From the human T2T-CHM13v2.0 reference genome, Homo sapiens: DNA of 64,000 nucleotides. Positions 1 through 18,260 of this stretch are shown one piece after another. The notes beneath the pieces are model-generated. The model had not been told where the DNA came from. It did not search any database and saw only the letters and a program-made list of their open reading frames with translations. The stretch lies in assembly GCF_009914755.1 (NCBI RefSeq), contig NC_060925.1; one strand, written 5' to 3'. The position numbers and the translations under genes were made by a program. The stretch's first letter is position 1, and every line of letters begins with the position of its first letter.

Positions 1-76
1 TATTACCATGTAACAAAACTGCACATATACCCCCATATCTAAAATAAAATTTGATAATCTTTTTTAAAAAGAAAGA

Positions 77-358
77 CATTGTTCACAGTTCTGGAGGCCA
101 GGTAGTCCAAGATCAAGATGTCAGCAGATTCAGTGTCTGGTGAGGGCCCATTCCTCATAGATGGTGCCTTCTTGCTGCATCCTCACATGGCAGAAGGGGA
201 TAACAAGCTTCCCTGGATCTCTTTATAAGGGCACTAATTCCATTCGTGATGACAAAGTTCTCATGACCAAAAAACTTCCCACCCCTTAATATTATCTCAT
301 TGGGGATTAGATTCCAATATATGAATTTTGGGGGAACACAAGCATTCAGACGATGGCA
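77..358 (-). mobile_element. MaLR LTR (MLT1A-like)
   Basis: 'cacagttctggaggc..agtccaagatcaag' and terminal 'atgaattttgggggaacacaagcattcagac' match the reverse complement of recalled MLT1A. Confidence 0.75.
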
Positions 359-359
359 C

Positions 360-717
360 TGACTAAAGTAGATTGGCCTCCATAATATGGGGTGGGGAGC
401 TCATTCAATATATTATAGACCTGAGTAGAATAAAAAGCTAAGGAAGAAAGAACTCTTTTGCTCTGGATAGCTGTCTTTGAGCTGGGATATTGACCTTCTC
501 CTGCCTTGAGACTCAGAATTAGACTGGAACTTACATCATTGGCCTTACTGTTTCTCAGACTCAGACGCACACTCACACATACATCATTGGCTTTCCTGCT
601 GCTCAGACCTTGGAATTTGTGCCGAAACTGTACCACCATCTTGCCTGGATCAGGACTTCTCAGCCTCCATAATCCTGTAAGTCAATTCCTTATTTAAAAA
701 ATCCTCCCCACCCATAG

Positions 718-765
<48 letters not shown>

Positions 766-804
766 CCTATTGGCTCTGGTCCTTTGGAGAACTCTGACTG
801 ATAT
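360..804 (+). mobile_element. ERVL LTR (MLT2-like) containing a (CA)n tract
   Basis: 'ggacttctcagcctccataatc...(CA)n..atcctattggctctg..tggagaactctgactgata' is the typical MLT2 3' end. Confidence 0.7.
721..764 (+). repeat. (CA)22 microsatellite
   Basis: Directly visible. Confidence 0.97.
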
Positions 805-1325
805 ACCTTCCCATTGCACTTGGAATACTAAGTCTAAATTCCTTATTAAAGCCTGCAAGTCCTGCATAATGTGCCCCCATTCACCCCTGTCCCCAGTGAC
901 TTCTCCAATCCAGTTTCCTGCCACTCCCCCTTCCTCATGCACACCAGCCACACTGACCTTCTTTCAGTTCCTCAGCATGTAAGATTCACCCCACAGCCTC
1001 TGAGCTTACTGTTTGACCAATCTGGAGAAAAGATTGCTCTTCCCAGCTTTTTACATGATGGGTCTCTTCCCATTGCTCACATCTCAGTTTAAATGTCTCT
1101 TCACAGAGAAACCTTCTCTGACCAGCCCTGCCATATCTAAAATATGATCCCTCATTATTCTGTATAGCTGTGCCCTATTTATTAGCTTTGTACTGCCAAC
1201 AAAACTTCAAGCAGCACAAGAACAGAGACCATGTCTGTTTTACTCAGCAATACATCCCAAGCACTGTATCCAGCTTATGGTGGATGCTCTAGTATTGTAT
1301 AAATGAATACATTAATGAGCAGGTA
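805..1325 (+). mobile_element. LINE-2 3' fragment
   Basis: Degenerate L2 3'-end motifs, ending in an 'aatgaat'-like tail. Confidence 0.55.
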
Positions 1326-2564
1326 AATGCACAGCCAAATAAACAACCATACCCAAAGACTTTACTAAAGCTTATGTTTTTGTTTAATAATGATTCAACA
1401 CATGTAAGGTTTTTTTCAGGAAGGAGTGATATGGAATAAAATATTTCATCTTCCTAGTACAATTTCAGGAAGCACTAAAGGGCAGCAGCTCATGAGATAT
1501 CCCTGAAATCAGCCTTTTACTTACATAGAAAGCAGCCTTTTACTTCTCTCAAGGCCTACTTTATGAGCATTATTTAATTTGAATTGTCTCTGTCTTCCTT
1601 TCTCTTCGCTGCACGATGCTCAACCAGATTCACAAATGGTGGTAACTAAACTGGCCACCAGTGAAAAATTTTGAAGCAAATTAAATAACCATGGAGTAGG
1701 ACGACAGTTAATGCAACCAACACTTAATGATTTGTGGCATCAGTGTAAGCAGTGCTGGGAGTGGGTGAGGCCAATGTCGGTAACTCAGCTGAATAAAACC
1801 CCACATATGCCAGGGATCAATTTACCTCGTCTCTAGGTTACTCCTCCTAACAAAAGCTACACAAGGGTTGCTGGCCAGAAGCCAGAGGGGCCGATGGGAC
1901 TTCCACACCCACTCACTCCTTCCCAGGCCCAGGTCTCTGGCCGAGGTGCTAATGAGCAGTAAAAAGGCCAGAAGGTGAAAAGAAGTAGGGGGAAAGAGGG
2001 CTTGGATTATCCATGACCTGTGTAATCAGTCCCTGAAGATTTGGTTTAACTAGATTTGCAGAATCCCCTTTCTACCCAAGAGTGTGTGAGAAACTCAGAG
2101 GAGATGCTGAAGTACCAGGAATTGAGACACGGCCTCGTTAAGGGTGTGCAAATATTGACGCAATTTCCATAAAAAGTGCTTTGTGGGGGCCTGAGGATGG
2201 GTATTGAGTGCCGGTCAATAAAAGCTCTCTGGCTGAGGAAGTTTTTATAGCTCATTCGACCACAAAAACTAGTATGACGTATTTGGGCAAAGGTTTCTGG
2301 AAACCATTTCCCTTCACTGCTTCCGTAGATTTACTCTGTGTCCTTCCTCTTCAGAGAAGTAGTTTGGCAAAGGAGAACACGCAAAGTAGTAAAAGCAGGT
2401 CTCCGAAGGTTACAAAAAGCTCTGACTTGTACAATCTTCAGATTTCCATGGCCTAAATACAGGATTTCAAACTACCATTGTGACGTCAGGGAAGGTAGAG
2501 TTGCAAAAAGATGTGCAGAATCATGGTGGTGAGCTGGTATAGCTAGCTCCAGCATCCCGCAGAT

Positions 2565-2775
2565 GAGCACGTGGATTCCGGGAGTCAAACATATTCATCT
2601 CCAATCTGGGCCTGCCTCTTAGTAGCTATGTGACCTTGGACAAGTTACTTAGCCTCTCTGAGCCTTATATTTCTCATATTTTAAACAGGGATCGTACAGA
2701 ATAAACACCTATTAGTTAAAAACATAGGTTTAAAGAAAACAGTGCCCAGCACATGGTAGGTGCTTATCAAATTGT
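2565..2775 (+). mobile_element. MIR SINE
   Basis: MIR core 'tagctatgtgaccttggacaagttacttagcctctctgagcct'. Confidence 0.75.
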
Positions 2776-4113
2776 AGAAGATGGAGATTACTAATGATGA
2801 TTAACTTCAGCTAAACTATCCATAATTATTGTAGGGAATTGGTGAGTATCCAAGAATTCCTGTATCAGGAAGACTCACCGAAACTCCAGCAAACTTAACT
2901 GTTTAGGCACAAGGGCCACAATTCTGTGCATCTTTCCTGAGAAGGAATTGGAGAAAGAAAAAACTATAACTTCTTTCTAGAACTATACTTTGGATTTTTA
3001 TAACAAGAATTTATTTATGTTTTAAATGTGTGATAATTTTTAGTTTTTAAGAAAAGCTATGGAGGCAAAATCCAGAAGCAATGCTTTCAGAGTAGTAGAA
3101 ATAAGCATTGAGCTTTAAAATTGGCCAAGAATTGAAAATTATTTAAAACTCATTTGCTGTGACCCTCTAATATAGACCCAGATAAAACTCCTGGGAAAAT
3201 CTTATTGGAAACAGTGAGATATAGCAAAAAGGTAGATTCAGAGGATTCCTCAAGTTAATTTTTACAAATGAATTGAGGATATGCACTTTAATGGAAACTG
3301 TAAAAAATGATAAGAATAAAAACAAAAATAAAAGAGTAATTAACACAAAACAAATTAAAACAAAATTTAGCTTGAAAATTACTCATGGTAGAAAAAGTTT
3401 CAAGATAGTGCCGAGTCAAATACAATAACCTTCCTACCTGTTGACAGGTATCAGGTTTATATAACAATAACTCAAGAAGTTTAGAAAATTATTGTAGTGT
3501 TTGTATAGTGTTGCATAATGAAGGAATCAAGAAGGTGGATTATGGTGGGTGACTGAGCAATGTAGCTAAAACCACTTACATTTCACAATTTCATTGGCCC
3601 CAGAATCTATGAACAGACATTTCACAGTGGGGAAGTCAGATCATGCTCACTTGCCTGTGAATCTCTAAAGGCTGGTGGAAACCACATCCATGCTGTGTGT
3701 GATGTGGTATTGTGTAAAATCTCTGGAGTGTCCTGAGACTGGATGAGCCTGAGTGCCATCATCATTTAGCTCCTTCATCAATTCCTGAGTTACAGCAGCT
3801 CCTTTTGGATCAAGACTGGAGACACCACCACCATTAAGTGTTTGGACACTTTTTGGCTCACCTGCATCTGAGAACAGTGATATCACTGTCCAAGCCTGAG
3901 GTGTCTGTGCAGCTCCCAAGACCCTGATCAGAAACCTGGGCAGGAGGCCATAGCAGAAACTCTTTGGACCGGGCTCAGTAAAATACTTCAAAGCAGAGGT
4001 TTAATGACAAAGGAGCCTGCAAGGAACAATAAAAACCAATACTCAGCCTGATCCAGGGTGCTGAAATGCATCTACATGTGTAGGCTGGTGGGGCCACTTT
4101 TTTTGTAGACTAC

Positions 4114-4788
<675 letters not shown>

Positions 4789-6892
4789 GCTACTTTTTCC
4801 CCAGCTTTATTGAGGTATACTTGACAAATAAGAATTATATGTATTTATATACAACAGGTACAATACAATGTTTTAATATACGTACACATTGTGAAATGAT
4901 TATCACAATCAAGCTAATTAATGTATCTATCACCTCAAATAGTTACCCTTTTTGGTGTGGTAAGAACATTTAAGATAAACTCTTTTAGCAAATTTCAAGT
5001 ATACAATACAACGTTAGTAACTATAGTCATCGTGTTGCACATAAGGTTCCCAGAACTTATTTACCCTCCATGACAGAAACTTTGTACCTTTTAACCACCA
5101 TCTCTCCATTTCCCCAACCCCCACAGTCCCTGGGAACCACCTGTCTACTTTCTGCTTTTAGGAATTTGACTTTTTTAGATTTCATATATAAGTGAGATCA
5201 TGCAGTATTTGTCTTTCTGTGCCTGGCTTATTTAACTTAGCATAATATTGGTGGGGCCACTTTTTAGGAAAAGCCAAGATATGGAAATCTAAATCGATTT
5301 AAAAGACAAACCAGGATCCAATTATTCTCATCACAAGTGGGATCTTTCTTTGTAAAATTATTCAGAATAAGGTTATTTTATGTATTCCATTCTCTGCTAC
5401 TGTTAAAATACGCTTGGTTCTCACAACTAGGTCCATTCACCTTTCGTTGAACATATTATTTGCATAGAGTACAGTGTAGCTCTATTTAAATGAATTTAAT
5501 TTAAATAATTAAATAATTCTATTTAAATGAATTTAAAGAGAGGAAATAGGAGTTTGGTTAATGGTCTGTTTGGATAATATTTTAATCCAGGGGCTCAGTA
5601 GTTTGTTTTAAATGTGGAGGTCAGTTCTAGTTCAAACTGATTCATAGGAGTATTTTCATTTCTTTGGTGTGCAGGTCTGTGTTTGGGGTTTTTATTACAA
5701 TTATTATTGTAGAAGAGGTTTCAGTTGAAAGTTCAGAAAAAATATTCGTAAGTGGTTTCTGTTTGAGTTCAGTAGATCATCCAGGGATTCCTGATTTACT
5801 TCAGTTCAATCTCCATGTATTTGTGTCTGTTGCATATATGGACGTGTCTGTACCAAGTATGTGCATAGTCACAGATATTCATCTTGATTTTTGTCCAAGC
5901 TCACCTCACCCTTTGTCTAAGCACTCAGCTCCTGATTGTTGAAAGATACCTCTGGGTGCACAGGAAAGTCTAAACTTCATAGAGAGAGAAGCAGCTTCCC
6001 ATGGCTGAGTGGGAAGGCCCCCAGGAAGAGCCTCCTGGGATGAAAAGGCTCCCAGATATCCAGCTATCTCCTGGGCCAGCACTTTCCCACATACTGCTCA
6101 GGCAGTTTATGACTAGCTGCTGCTAATCCCCCCATCACACCTCTTCCTGGGTTATTTCAACAGATATCTGAGTACCTATTATGAGCCAGTCTCTATTCTA
6201 CGAGCCAAAACTCAACACTGAACAAGAGATACACATTTCTTGCTCCAGCCACACATCACAGTGTTCTTCCCTGAGATACCTACCTCTTGAGTTATCATAA
6301 TTTTCAAGAATGGAACAGGATAGATAATAGACATTTATTTAAATTTTTGAATGATAAGGTTTGCCACCTTACCTGATATTCATTATTAAATAAGATGATT
6401 CCAAGAAAGAAAGACCCTGAAATGCACCTAAATTGCAGGTGATCTTTGGGAGGTGTTTAGTCTATACCATGTTTATATCAAGTATAAGATTTACATTTAC
6501 CTGCAAGAATTATGGCATGTTAAAAGAGCCTGTGTGAATAAATACGTAGCAGATTTGGAGAAAAAGTGAGTTTTGCTTTATTATAAATCTATTCTTCTTC
6601 ATTCCATTATTCAAAAAATATTTGTTAAGCCATTTCTCTGAGCCAGGCACTTGTTCAGATAAATAGGTAAGTATTGTATATCTCGGGCTTTAATACAAAT
6701 GTTTTAATATTCATTACCTGAAATGGTACACAGAATTATCCTGTGCTGAAGACAAAGCAAAGCTACTATTCTTATTAATATTCCAATCATGGTCCTGAGT
6801 ACCCAGAGTCAAGGTTTCAAAATGCCCTTCTCAATATTGCATAGCTGATGAGCAGTGTTGTTACCAGGCAGAGATTAAGAACACCGAGACTG

Positions 6893-7303
<411 letters not shown>

Positions 7304-10300
7304 CTACCTCATTGGGTTGTTACTGTTATGAGAATTAAATAAAATAATGCCAGTTAGACACTTAGAACAGTGTCTGGCAGCTGTTGAGTGCTTAATAAGC
7401 CTTCACCATTATCGTCAAACTCAGTCTTCTGGTGCCAAAGCCTCTATCTGCTGCCTGTGTCCATAACTCCTGCCTGATTCCACTTTGCTCAGGGTTTTTC
7501 CTCCCTCAGATCAGAGGCATTAATATTTCAAACTCTCAAATTCCACTGGAAATTCTGACTGAGCTCATCAAAACTATTATGACAAAAGCCTTAAGACTGG
7601 TGGACATGAACCAGTACAGTCACCAGTTTTTCACTTTCCATATGAAAAACAGTTATATTTTCCAAGTCAAGCCAGTCTCCCTCATGGAAATTAAACCACC
7701 TTGGATTCTGGTAAGCTTGATATTCTTTTTATTAAAGCACTAAATTTGTCTTTATATAACAGAGGGAAAACTTGCCTCCCAGAACTAATACATGTTTTAA
7801 TATCCATACCGATAATAATTCCTTAAGAATATTTTTAAATTTAGTTTAGTTTGGTTGAGGAGAACTTCTGTGATTTTTGTTTTCACACACGGATCCCTTA
7901 GACAGTAGTTGGTCAATCAACACACATTTCCTGAGCATTTGTCTTATGCTGAACCCTGAAATAAATACTGGAGCTACAAAGATAAGTAAGAAGTGGTTCC
8001 TGACATCATGAACCAAGGGAAATTGGAGAGGCAGCTGCCCTCTGAATGAGTATCCACGTGTTCTTATGAGTTACCTTGTTTGAAGAAATCTTATTTGGAA
8101 ATGAACATTTTGAAAATGCATGCTGAGCTCACCTACTTCCATACTTTATGCAAGTTGAAGGTGCCAAGAAGCTGATCAATCTCACAGATGCTATGAGGAT
8201 GGAGAAAACTGAGTCTGTTCTATCAATAAGGTCACAGAACTGGGGGAAACTCTGCAGCTTCCAATTCAGAATGGGGAGACACTTTGGCCAGGTTGAAAGC
8301 CTATGAGATTGGCAGAATGTCCAGCAGTAGAGTCCTCAGGCCCAAGATTCGTATTCTTTTGGCAAAATAGCAACTTCCTACTTCAGAATAAACAGTCTTA
8401 AAAGGCTTATGGAAATGGTTCTGAGGGATGGTTCACTATCCAAAAGCTCTTACAAAAGGTTTCAATAAGTTAAGTGTGAAAGAAGCAGAAACAGATGGAT
8501 TGTTTCTCACAGAATACCCAGGGCTTAACAATTAACAATAACAAAAACAAGTTTTAAAAAGGGAAACCATGTATGGCCATTGTCCAAGTTTGAGCCCTTG
8601 AATGAGGGTTGGAATGTTCTGCCAGACACCTAACTCTGTGGGGTCCTTTATTATCTACCATACCAAAACTATGAGCTTTAAATGAAGTTAGGTTTGTATA
8701 CTGCTGCGGCCTTCTCTAGAATATGAACCATTGGAAATGCAGCCAGACACCCCTTAGTTATGCAGATCTGTTTCCCAGTATATGCTCCACAGATCACTTG
8801 TTCTATGATGTGCAAGCCCCCATACCATTGTTCAGGCCATCCTCTCTGCCAAGGAGTATCTCTGCTGAATTAACCCCTCATGTCCCTCAAGGCTTACCTC
8901 CAATGCCAACTTCTTGGAGACATTTTCTTTGTCCCTCTCTCAGCCAGGTCCTCCACCCAACCTGACAACTGCCCTTCCTGTTGGGTGACTCCAGACAGCT
9001 GGACCAAAGCAAAACCCTAGTTGTCCACAACCCAAAGAACGAGCAAAAGCCAGTTAGCACCTTTGAGAACTAAGTCTGCACTCCAGTACCACACCACTGC
9101 ACAACTCCAGGGGACATTGTTAATTTTGTATTCAATGAGAATGGCATCCTCCCTAGCAAAAAACAATGTGCATAATAATGACTTCTGGGGATGGGAAAAA
9201 AGGCAGCCCTGCTGCACTCATCTGTGGCCCTGCCTCCCCACACTTAACAATGTGTGCCAATAGCCATGCTACCCAGGACACTGCAAAGGCAGACACATAC
9301 ACTATAGTTTGAAGTGGAGAGAAAAGTAGAACGCCGTGGCTTTTATGGGAGAAACCAAAACATGGAATGGTCTATATGGTCCAGATTTAATGTTTCCCAA
9401 AGTGTATTCGGCAGATTGTTTGAAGTGTTGGACAAAAATAAGATTATCTGGTCAAATTAATTTGGAATTTCTTCTGAATGTCTTAAAAGCATGCAATATG
9501 TTGCTTTGTATCACTAACTTCCAAAGTGGAAGTGAAGAGAGAATAACTGGTTCAGTAGTTCCCAAACTCATTTGACCAAAGAACCTATCTTCATAAAGCA
9601 GCATTGTGGCTTTCTGAGAAACACATAAAGGAAGAAAAAGATATGGTTTTCTGCCTCTTTTTAAACAAATGGCATAGTGTCCCACCTCAATCTTATGCCC
9701 TCACTTGGAGCCCATAATAGTTTTTCTGCACCAATTGTCCTTAATGTGAGAGGTCCATGGATGAGTCCCAGAAGGTTTGTGAATGCCCTGAAATTGCATG
9801 CAAAATTATATTCACTGATGTATTCTTGGGAGACAGGCCTTCAGATCTGAGGAGAATTCAAGACTCCAAACTAAGGCAAATTCTCTACCAAATCCTTCTT
9901 CATTACTTTGGAACAATATGGGCGAAGGAGAAAGGGAATTATTTTCATGCCCAGGTAAATGGGGGCACATAAACAAACTCAAGAACACAAATGTTTATCT
10001 AATAAACATTTATTAATTAAACATCCCCGGGTCAGTAACGATGTGGGTGATGTTCCTAATTTGGTCCAGAGTCTTTTTCTAGGAAGAGTGTGAAATTTTC
10101 ACTTTGTAAGGACTGGTTTGGCATCTAGCATTGCAATGAGAATTCTAGTTTCCAAGGCTCTCACCCTCCACCATTCCTACGTCATTCCAGCTGGCTGGCA
10201 AGGGCATAGATGGCAAATCCATTGCAGGGGCTCCAGATGCCTCCAGGCATCACAGAAGTGGGTCTCATTGTACAGAAAAAGGATCCAAGATAAAACGAGC

Positions 10301-10909
10301 AAGTTCAAAAGATCAAGATGCATTTTCATTGATCTTGGACTTGTAAGAGCAGTGCCATCAATCACAGTCATTTAAAAATTCCTATTAATGGCCCAGAGTG
10401 CTGGGGTTCCCATATGGTTTGTCTTTATAACATTTGGTCTTGGGCATCTCTTTAGAATCAGCATGAGAATCTGTCAGTGTCAGATTCAGACCTTTGCCTG
10501 CTTCCTCACTCCTGGCAGTAGTGGAAGGGAGAAAAGGAAGAACATGTGCTTAAATATGTGCTTCGGGACAATGGAGATTTGGGGTTCAGCTATGGAGCCA
10601 GAGGACTGACAATACCTTGCCCCCGGGAGAAAGCAGGGGCTAAAACAAGATTGACCCAAGTCAATGAGAAAGTCCTAGGACAGGTCCTGGAACCATAGTG
10701 AGGAAGCAGCAAGTCTGGAAAAAAATTCTGCCCCAGCTCCTCCATGCAAGATATTCTGGTGGCACCAGGGGCAGGGCTGACCCTGATGTCCCCCAGTGGA
10801 GAAGCAGTGGGTATTTGAGGGACTGTGTATGTAGAACAAATCAATAGGAACTGAGAGAGCACCAGGAAGCAGGGTTGTAAGGGAAAAGGCCTTCCGAAAA
10901 TCCAGGCTT

Positions 10910-11484
<575 letters not shown>

Positions 11485-11557
11485 TTAATTTTTAGTTGAC
11501 AAATAATAATTGTATATATTTATGAGGTAGAATGCAATGTTATGATACATGTATACA
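11485..11557 (-). mobile_element. Old L1MA-type 3' fragment (left part), target of the L1HS insertion
   Basis: 'gacaaataataattgtatatatttatg.ggta.aat..atgttatgatacatgtataca' continues at 17617-17675 'atgtggtatgattaaa..aggctaattaacatatcc..cacatacttatcatt'. Confidence 0.7.
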
Positions 11558-12462
11558 GGGGAGGAGCCAAGATGGCCGAATAGGAACAGCTCCGGTCTAC
11601 AGCTCCCAGCGTGAGCGACGCAGAAGACGGGTGATTTCTGCATTTCCATCTGAGGTACCGGGTTCATCTCACTAGGGAGTGCCAGACAGTGGGCGCAGGC
11701 CAGTGTGTGTGCGCACCGTGCGCGAGCCGAAGCAGGGCGAGGCATTGCCTCACCTGGGAAGCGCAAGGGGTCAGGGAGTTCCCTTTCCGAGTCAAAGAAA
11801 GGGGTGACGGACGCACCTGGAAAATCGGGTCACTCCCACCCAAATATTGCGCTTTTCAGACCGGCTTAAGAAACGGCGCACCACGAGACTATATCCCACA
11901 CCTGGCTCAGAGGGTCCTACGCCCACGGAATCTCGCTGATTGCTAGCACAGCAGTCTGAGATCAAACGGCAAGGCGGCAACGAGGCTGTGGGAGGGGCGC
12001 CCGCCATTGCCCAGGCTTGCTTAGGTAAACAAAGCAGCCGGGAAGCTCGAACTGGGTGGAGCCCACCACAGCTCAAGGAGGCCTGCCTGCCTCTGTAGGC
12101 TCCACCTCTGGGGGCAGGGCACAGACAAACAAAAAGACAGCAGTAACCTCTGCAGACTTAAGTGTCCCTGTCTGACAGCTTTGAAGAGAGCAGTGGTTCT
12201 CCCAGCACGCAGCTGGAGATCTGAGAACGGGCAGACTGCCTCCTCAAGTGGGTCCCTGACCCCTGACCCCCGAGCAGCCTAACTGGGAGGCACCCCCCAG
12301 CAGGGGCACACTGACACCTCACACAGCAGGGTATTCCAACAGACCTGCAGCTGAGGGTCCTGTCTGTTAGAAGGAAAACTAACAACCAGAAAGGACATCT
12401 ACACCGAAAACCCATCTGTACATCACCATCATCAAAGACCAAAAGTAGATAAAACCACAAAG
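11558..12462 (+). promoter_or_regulatory. L1 5'UTR: CpG-rich internal sense promoter (intact YY1 site CAAGATGGCCG) and antisense promoter
   Basis: CpG-dense, recognisable L1HS 5'UTR; YY1 motif at 11568-11578. Confidence 0.9.
11792..12007 (-). CDS. L1 ORF0 (71 aa, primate-specific antisense ORF)
   Basis: MAGAPPTASLPPCRLISDCCASNQRDSVGVGPSEPGVGYSLVVRRFLSRSEKRNIWVGVTRFSRCVRHPFL; ATG at 12007-12005 within the 94-aa track ORF. Confidence 0.88.
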   Translation of the reverse strand: MAGAPPTASLPPCRLISDCCASNQRDSVGVGPSEPGVGYSLVVRRFLSRSEKRNIWVGVTRFSRCVRHPFL

Positions 12463-13479
12463 ATGGGGAAAAAACAGAACAGAAAAACTGGAAACTCTAA
12501 AACGCAGAGCGCCTCTCCTCCTCCAAAGGAACGCAGTTCCTCACCAGCAACAGAACAAAGCTGGATGGAGAATGATTTTGACGAGCTGAGTGAAGAAGGC
12601 TTCAGACGATCAAATTACTCTGAGCTACGGGAGGACATTCAAACCAAAGGCAAAGAAGTTGAAAACTTTGAAAAAAATTTAGAAGAATGTATAACTAGAA
12701 TAACCAATACAGAGAAGTGCTTAAAGGAGCTGATGGAGCTGAAAACCAAGGCTCGAGAACTACGTGAAGAATGCAGAAGCCTCAGGAGCCGATGCGATCA
12801 ACTGGAAGAAAGGGTATCAGCAATGGAAGATGAAATGAATGAAATGAAGCGAGAAGGGAAGTTTAGAGAAAAAAGAATAAAAAGAAATGAGCAAAGCCTC
12901 CAAGAAATATGGGACTATGTGAAAAGACCAAATCTACGTCTGATTGGTGTACCTGAAAGTGATGTGGAGAATGGAACCAAGTTGGAAAACACTCTGCAGG
13001 ATATTATCCAGGAGAACTTCCCCAATCTAGCAAGGCAGGCCAACGTTCAGATTCAGGAAATACAGAGAACGCCACAAAGATACTCCTCGAGAAGAGCAAC
13101 TCCAAGACACATAATTGTCAGATTCACCAAAGTTGAAATGAAGGAAAAAATGTTAAGGGCAGCCAGAGAGAAAGGTCGGGTTACCCTCAAAGGAAAGCCC
13201 ATCAGACTAACAGCGGATCTCTCGGCAGAAACCCTACAAGCCAGAAGAGAGTGGGGGCCAATATTCAACATTCTTAAAGAAAAGAATTTTCAACCCAGAA
13301 TTTCATATCCAGCCAAACTAAGCTTCATAAGTGAAGGAGAAATAAAATACTTTATAGACAAGCAAATGCTGAGAGATTTTGTCACCACCAGGCCTGCCCT
13401 AAAAGAGCTCCTGAAGGAAGCGCTAAACATGGAAAGGAACAACCGGTACCAGCCGCTGCAAAATCATGCCAAAATGTAA
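12463..13479 (+). CDS. L1 ORF1p (338 aa RNA-binding/chaperone protein)
   Basis: Canonical MGKKQNRK...NHAKM; coiled coil, REKG, ARR and YPAKLS motifs intact. Confidence 0.98.
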   Translation: MGKKQNRKTGNSKTQSASPPPKERSSSPATEQSWMENDFDELSEEGFRRSNYSELREDIQTKGKEVENFEKNLEECITRITNTEKCLKELMELKTKARELREECRSLRSRCDQLEERVSAMEDEMNEMKREGKFREKRIKRNEQSLQEIWDYVKRPNLRLIGVPESDVENGTKLENTLQDIIQENFPNLARQANVQIQEIQRTPQRYSSRRATPRHIIVRFTKVEMKEKMLRAAREKGRVTLKGKPIRLTADLSAETLQARREWGPIFNILKEKNFQPRISYPAKLSFISEGEIKYFIDKQMLRDFVTTRPALKELLKEALNMERNNRYQPLQNHAKM

Positions 13480-13518
13480 AGACCATCGAGACTAGGAGGA
13501 AACTGCATCAACTAATGA

Positions 13519-17370
<3,852 letters not shown>

Positions 17371-17572
17371 ACAATGAGATCACATGGACACAGGAAGGGG
17401 AATATCACACTCTGGGGACTGTGGTGGGGTCGGGGGAGGGGGGAGGGATAGCATTGGGAGATATACCTAATGCTAGATGACACGTTAGTGGGTGCAGCGC
17501 ACCAGCATGGCACATGTATACATATGTAACTAACCTGCACAATGTGCACATGTACCCTAAAGCTTAGAGTAT

Positions 17573-17600
17573 AATAAAAAAAAAAATTAAAAAAAAAAAA
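17573..17600 (+). terminator. L1 poly(A) signal AATAAA and short TT-interrupted poly(A) tail
   Basis: aataaaaaaaaaaattaaaaaaaaaaaa immediately before the 3' TSD. Confidence 0.9.
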
Positions 17601-17675
17601 ATGATACATGTATACAATGTGGTATGATTAAATTAGGCTAATTAACATATCCTTCGCCTCACATACTTATCATTA

Positions 17676-17816
17676 CGTTGTAATATATTTTCATATTGGG
17701 TAAAATTAAATGTATTACTAAATTGACTTATTCTTTTTTTACTTTTTTAATGCAGCTATTAAAATATTTAAGATCACATATGTGAGTCACAGTATATTTC
17801 TATTGGACAGCCCTAT
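17676..17816 (-). mobile_element. MER33-like DNA transposon, right part
   Basis: Ends 'cacatatgtgagtcacagtatatttctattggacagc', the MER33 terminus in reverse complement. Confidence 0.7.
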
Positions 17817-17829
17817 TCCAAAGCATGGC

Positions 17830-18260
17830 TATGTTAGTTTCCTAGGGCTACCCTGACAAAGTACCATAAGCTAGATGCCCTAAAACAACAGAAATGTATT
17901 CTCTCACAGTTCTGGAGGCCACAGGTCTGAAATAAAGATGTCAACAAGGTGGTCCCTCTGGAGTGCTCTGAAGAAGAATCTGCTCCAGGCCTCTCTCCTA
18001 GCTTTTGGTGGTTGTTGGCAATCCTTGGAGTTTTTTATTTGTAAATGCGTCAATCCAGTCCCTGCCTCCACTGTTTAATGGTATTCTTCTCAGTGTGTCT
18101 CTGTTTCTGTCTCTTCTCCTCTTTGTTTAAGGGCACCAGTCATGTCAGATTTAAGACCCACCCACCTCCAATATGATCAAAGATCCTACTTTCAACCAAG
18201 GCCACATTCTAAGGTTCTAGGAAAGATATAAATTTATACAACAGTATTCAAGCCAGTACA
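17830..18260 (-). mobile_element. MaLR LTR (MLT1B/C-like)
   Basis: 'gttagtttcctagggct..acaaagtaccata..aaacaacagaaatgtattctctcacagttctggaggc'; imperfect TSD atggc/atgtc. Confidence 0.78.

Noticed and set aside
5530-5940. Thr/Ser-rich minus-strand reading stretch suggesting a mucin-like exon
   Set aside because: Interrupted by stops, with no recognisable homology or clean splice boundaries
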